64,000 nucleotides of DNA. Origin: Eledone cirrhosa. Lineage: Eukaryota. The stretch is from the NCBI GenBank assembly GCA_964016885.1, contig OZ024756.1, positions 23,808,001-23,872,000 on the forward strand. The letters run 5' to 3'. Position numbers and translations under genes: made by a program. Positions 38,138 through 64,000 of this stretch are shown piece after piece. The notes beneath the pieces were generated by a model, which searched no databases, was not told the origin of the DNA, and saw nothing but the letters and a program-made list of their open reading frames with translations. Every line of letters begins with the position of its first letter. Positions within the stretch are counted from its first letter, which is position 1.

Positions 38138-39404
38138 GCACTCTTTACTTGGAGGATTTCCATTGTATTAAAGAATATTTTCAAGGAGATTACATTTCAT
38201 CTGCCACGCTTTTTAATTTTTTTTTCATCTCCTAACAGGCAACTTAGTTGATCCTTCAGCTCAGCTGGCCTATTTTATATTTTTGCAGAATTTTTAGATT
38301 TTTTTCCTCCCATTTGGATGACCCTAGGTCAGTGTGTGAGTGCTTGTCATGGAAGCGTCTGGAGTTCGTATCCTGAATTATGAATTATTTTTTCTCTACT
38401 GGGGAAAATATTTTGTTCTCTTTCAGCTGAGTCAGTTTTATAATTAGATAAATTTAGTTTTGTTGGAGTCAAACAGAATGCATTTGAACAGCTTATGTTT
38501 GTAGTGTATGTGTATATATGTGAGTGTATTTATTTATGTATGTATATACACATTCATAGTTTCACGGAAAGATACTTTCAATACTACTGGGTTAAGTTAA
38601 AATTATATATCTAAATTATTAGCAGAGATTTTGTTTTCGTTATTAAATCTGTTCAGTTTTCAGTCAGGTGAATTCTATCTCTGCTACTATAGTACTTCTT
38701 TATTCTTTCTTAGGTTTAACTGACCAGTTGATTAGTGGAAAAATTTTATTTCAATTTGCATTATCTTGTTACATTGTGGCCAGTCCCATTCCACTGTTTT
38801 TCCATCATATTTGAGTGATCCAGGAAGGAGAGTTAAAATGTCATGTTGAGCTATTTGCAAGAGTCAAAGTGCTGTTTAACTCGTTCAATCAAGCATGTCT
38901 TACTCCTCGGTTGCTATTAAAGCCTTCATTCCTGGCTTTTTGTCTTTAAAAACACAAATTAATTTTTTAAAAAACTTCAATTTCTTAATCATGAGCTTTT
39001 TCTTCTATTACTCTAAATGTTGAAATTTAGCTGATTAGGATCTGTTTTACCCCCACATGTCTAGTGTTTCTTTTCAACCTCCGGTTCTTCCTTCTCCTTT
39101 GTTAACAATGGTTTAGTATAGCTATTTGTTTTACATTCTACAATGTCTCCACTTCAAATTACTAGCACTATACTTATTATTATTATATCTATCAATTTGG
39201 TATTTACTGCTTGAATTTTAAGTGCAAGCTTGGCTCTTGATATGATTTAGCTAGAAGCAATATTCATAGTATGCAAGTTGTGTTATTTCTCTCGTGAAGA
39301 ACAATTGGTATGGATGTTAGTGACTGTATGCCATCATTTTCAGTCCTCATGGCCAGGTGCAGAGGAAATGTAGGTAAAAATGTTTCTATTTATGTATAAA
39401 TTTG

Positions 39405-39410
39405 AATAAA
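39405..39410 (+). terminator. Putative PABPN1 polyadenylation signal
   Basis: AATAAA ~1.27 kb after the stop, with upstream TGTA and downstream GT-rich sequence. Repeats resume afterwards. Confidence 0.5.
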
Positions 39411-39988
39411 AATTTTAAAATGTATACAAATGAGTTATGTTTGTTCTTGGAGGTTGGAGACATAAATAAGAATTCATTGATCATGCACAGATTGATGGTT
39501 GATGTAGCTGCCCATTAAAGCAGATTCTTATGATTGGGTCTTCTCGAATATTAAGCCAACCTTATTTTATGTCTAAGAAATAATCCAGGTAATCAACAGA
39601 GTTTAGATATTTATATATATATACACTACCTTAATGTCTGTCTGAACAGTAAGAGGTGAGAATTCTGGCCAGATAGAACCAGTTTAAATGCTTTTGTTTC
39701 ACAATTCAATAATCACAGCTAGCCCCTATAGCTGAGGGTCACACCATTGTTTGCTATATTTAGATACACTTGGTGATAGATCAATGGAATCGCCTGCTCA
39801 TATAATTACTGTGTAGTGGCTGAGCATGTACCATTAATGTAAATCCAAGATATATTTAGAATGACTGATAAGGCTGGTCCTTTGAATTATAGCTACAGGT
39901 GTGCAAGGGATGCAGAAGTTCAGGTCAAAGGAAATGAGTTTTAACGACCATAAATAAATAAGAAAAGAGACTTTTTTTTTTTTTAAAT

Positions 39989-39994
39989 TTTAAT
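39989..39994 (-). terminator. Putative polyadenylation signal of the coiled-coil gene
   Basis: ATTAAA on the minus strand ~640 nt after the stop codon. Confidence 0.35.
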
Positions 39995-40630
39995 AGTTTA
40001 AAAACCTGGTGTTTTTCATGGACGAACTTGAAAAAAAATAAAAAACAGTTGTGATGTGAATATGTACAAGAATATATGAACCATCAAAGAAAGGTGACAT
40101 ACAAATACTATCATCAGCAGTTGTATGAGGCCATCTAAACAATAGAACTGCTTACCTCATGCCAATGGAATAACCAATAGGGAACAGAAAAAATTACTTT
40201 TCTTTCAATGATTTGTCAAGGTAAGCATGACATGAACCTTTTCCAGGCTTCTGAGATTGGTGCAAGGAACCAGATATCTGGCTCAAATACTTGCAATAGA
40301 AAAGACTGTAAAAAGCATTCAAGTGTCATATGGTAGGCAATAAATTAGGTCTAGCACCCAAGATAACCAATTGGTGGGGAGCAGATACTACTGTTGGTGC
40401 CTCTAGATACATTAAAAAAAATAGCTGTAATGAGAGCAAGTGAATGTATACTTATCACACATACATGAGCACTAGCATGGTCACAAACAATATGATATAC
40501 AATGGTCTGATCCTTGTTGGCAGTGAAAACAAATGTTAATTCTTTCACTAACAACAATAATTAAAAAAGATTGAGTGATCAGCAATTATTTCAAATGAAA
40601 ATAGGGCTCTAAGTATTAAAACTTAAAATC

Positions 40631-62493
<21,863 letters not shown>

Positions 62494-62868
62494 CTAAATA
62501 GGAAGAGAAAAATACAATATATATATATCATCATCATCATCATCATCGTTTAACGTCCAACCCCGACGCTAGCAGGGGTTAGATGGTTTTGTTCTAATTG
62601 ATGCGGGAATGGTCGGGAGACCATGTCTCACTCGCACGGAAGCATCTCTGGCAGGTTTCTTTACAGCCGAATGCCCTTCCTAACACCAACCACATTTACA
62701 GTGTGGACTGGGAGCCTTTTCACCATGTTGCCTACACGGCCACCTTACATATATATGTTTGTGTGTGTGTATATATATATATTCATATACATATATATCC
62801 CGTATATCATACAGAACTAGTCCTTAAAGAAAAATGTCACTTTTCAATGTATATATATATATATATAG

Positions 62869-62902
<34 letters not shown>

Positions 62903-63002
62903 CAGGGTGTTCCAAAAAATGTATACACACTTTCATTACCTGTACAGGTAATATTTATTAGAATGCTGTTGAAGTGTGTATACATTTTTTGGAGACACCC
63001 TA
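62903..63002. mobile_element. 100-bp Tc1/mariner-type MITE in (TA)n
   Basis: TA|CAGGGTGTTCCAAAAAATGTATACACACTT ... AAGTGTGTATACATTTTTTGGAGACACCCTA|TA. Absent from paralogous copy A. Confidence 0.75.
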
Positions 63003-63750
63003 TATATATACTTCCCTTACATACAAAGTTAAACGTAGTCAGTAGGCACCTCTTAACCAAATATACACCTCACCCCACTACCCCTACTCCATCCTTCCAC
63101 TTCCACCTACACCACGGTTTCTCTGTAAAGTTATGTTGGTATCACAGAGCATCCAGTACACACTGTAAAGTGGCCGTGTTGGTGTCACAACAAAAAGCAC
63201 CCAGTCCTCACTGTAAAGTGTAGGCAACACAACAAAAAGCATCCAATACTTACTATAAATGAGGTTGGCGCTAGAAACTGTAGAAATCAAGCCAAAATCA
63301 GTTCTGCATGAGCAAGAAATGGTCACCTGACCTGGCATTGTTCACAACAGGATAACTCATCTAATTCATGCTAGCATGGAATATATATATATATATATAT
63401 CATCTCATTTCATTTCATTTTACGTCCGCTTTTTCCCTGCTTGCAAGGGTGGGACGGGAACTGATTCTGGCTTAATTTCTACAGCTGGATGCACTTCCTA
63501 ACACCAACCTCATTTTCAGCAAGTGCTGCGTGCCTTTTTTTTTTTTGCTGTGGCACCTACACGACCACTTTGCAATGGAATGATAGGGACCCCAGTCCCT
63601 ATCATCTCATTACTACAGCTGAGTAAACTGGAGCAATGTGAAATAAAGTGTCTTGCTCAAGGAAACAACACATCACCCGGTCTCAGAATTGAACTCACAA
63701 CCTTTCGATTGCAAGGCCAATGCTCTAACCACTAAGCCATGTGCCTCCAT

Positions 63751-63783
<33 letters not shown>

Positions 63784-64000
63784 AAGAGAGAGAAAGAGAG
63801 AGATAGAGAGAGTTAGTTAGTTACACAACAAATTAAAATGAGTAAACCATAGTTGAGAACACGTATTTTACCCAAAGAAGTATCCTTTAGGTGAAACACG
63901 TGTTCTCAACTATGGTTTGTTAATTTGTTGTGGAACTATAACTCTATACTGAACTCATCCTATGGACTGAGTGCTCTACCAACTTTGGATATAAGCTCCT

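Overview
AT-rich, microsatellite- and SINE-dense animal genomic DNA. The repeat families and composition suggest an octopus or other coleoid cephalopod, but that is inference. Two spliced genes face each other tail-to-tail. (1) A complete 7-exon PABPN1 (nuclear poly(A)-binding protein, 214 aa, + strand, 27119-38137). Its intron 5 holds a candidate autoregulatory cassette: a stop-containing poison exon with periodic oligo(A) tracts, plus a frameshifting 7-nt microexon. (2) The 3' part of a long coiled-coil gene (- strand, 62493-40631) ending in the CaaX motif CNNQ. It has been lengthened by recent in-frame duplication of seven exons, and one frame-bridging exon has an AA rather than AG acceptor, a candidate A-to-I-created splice site. 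The first 27 kb is mostly transposon relics: RTE, CR1-like and RLE LINE fragments, a Helitron, MITEs and SINEs. It also contains at least three minimal type-I hammerhead ribozyme motifs of the Penelope-associated kind, plus decayed or fold-back derivatives. All exon and structure calls were made by eye and are unverified.
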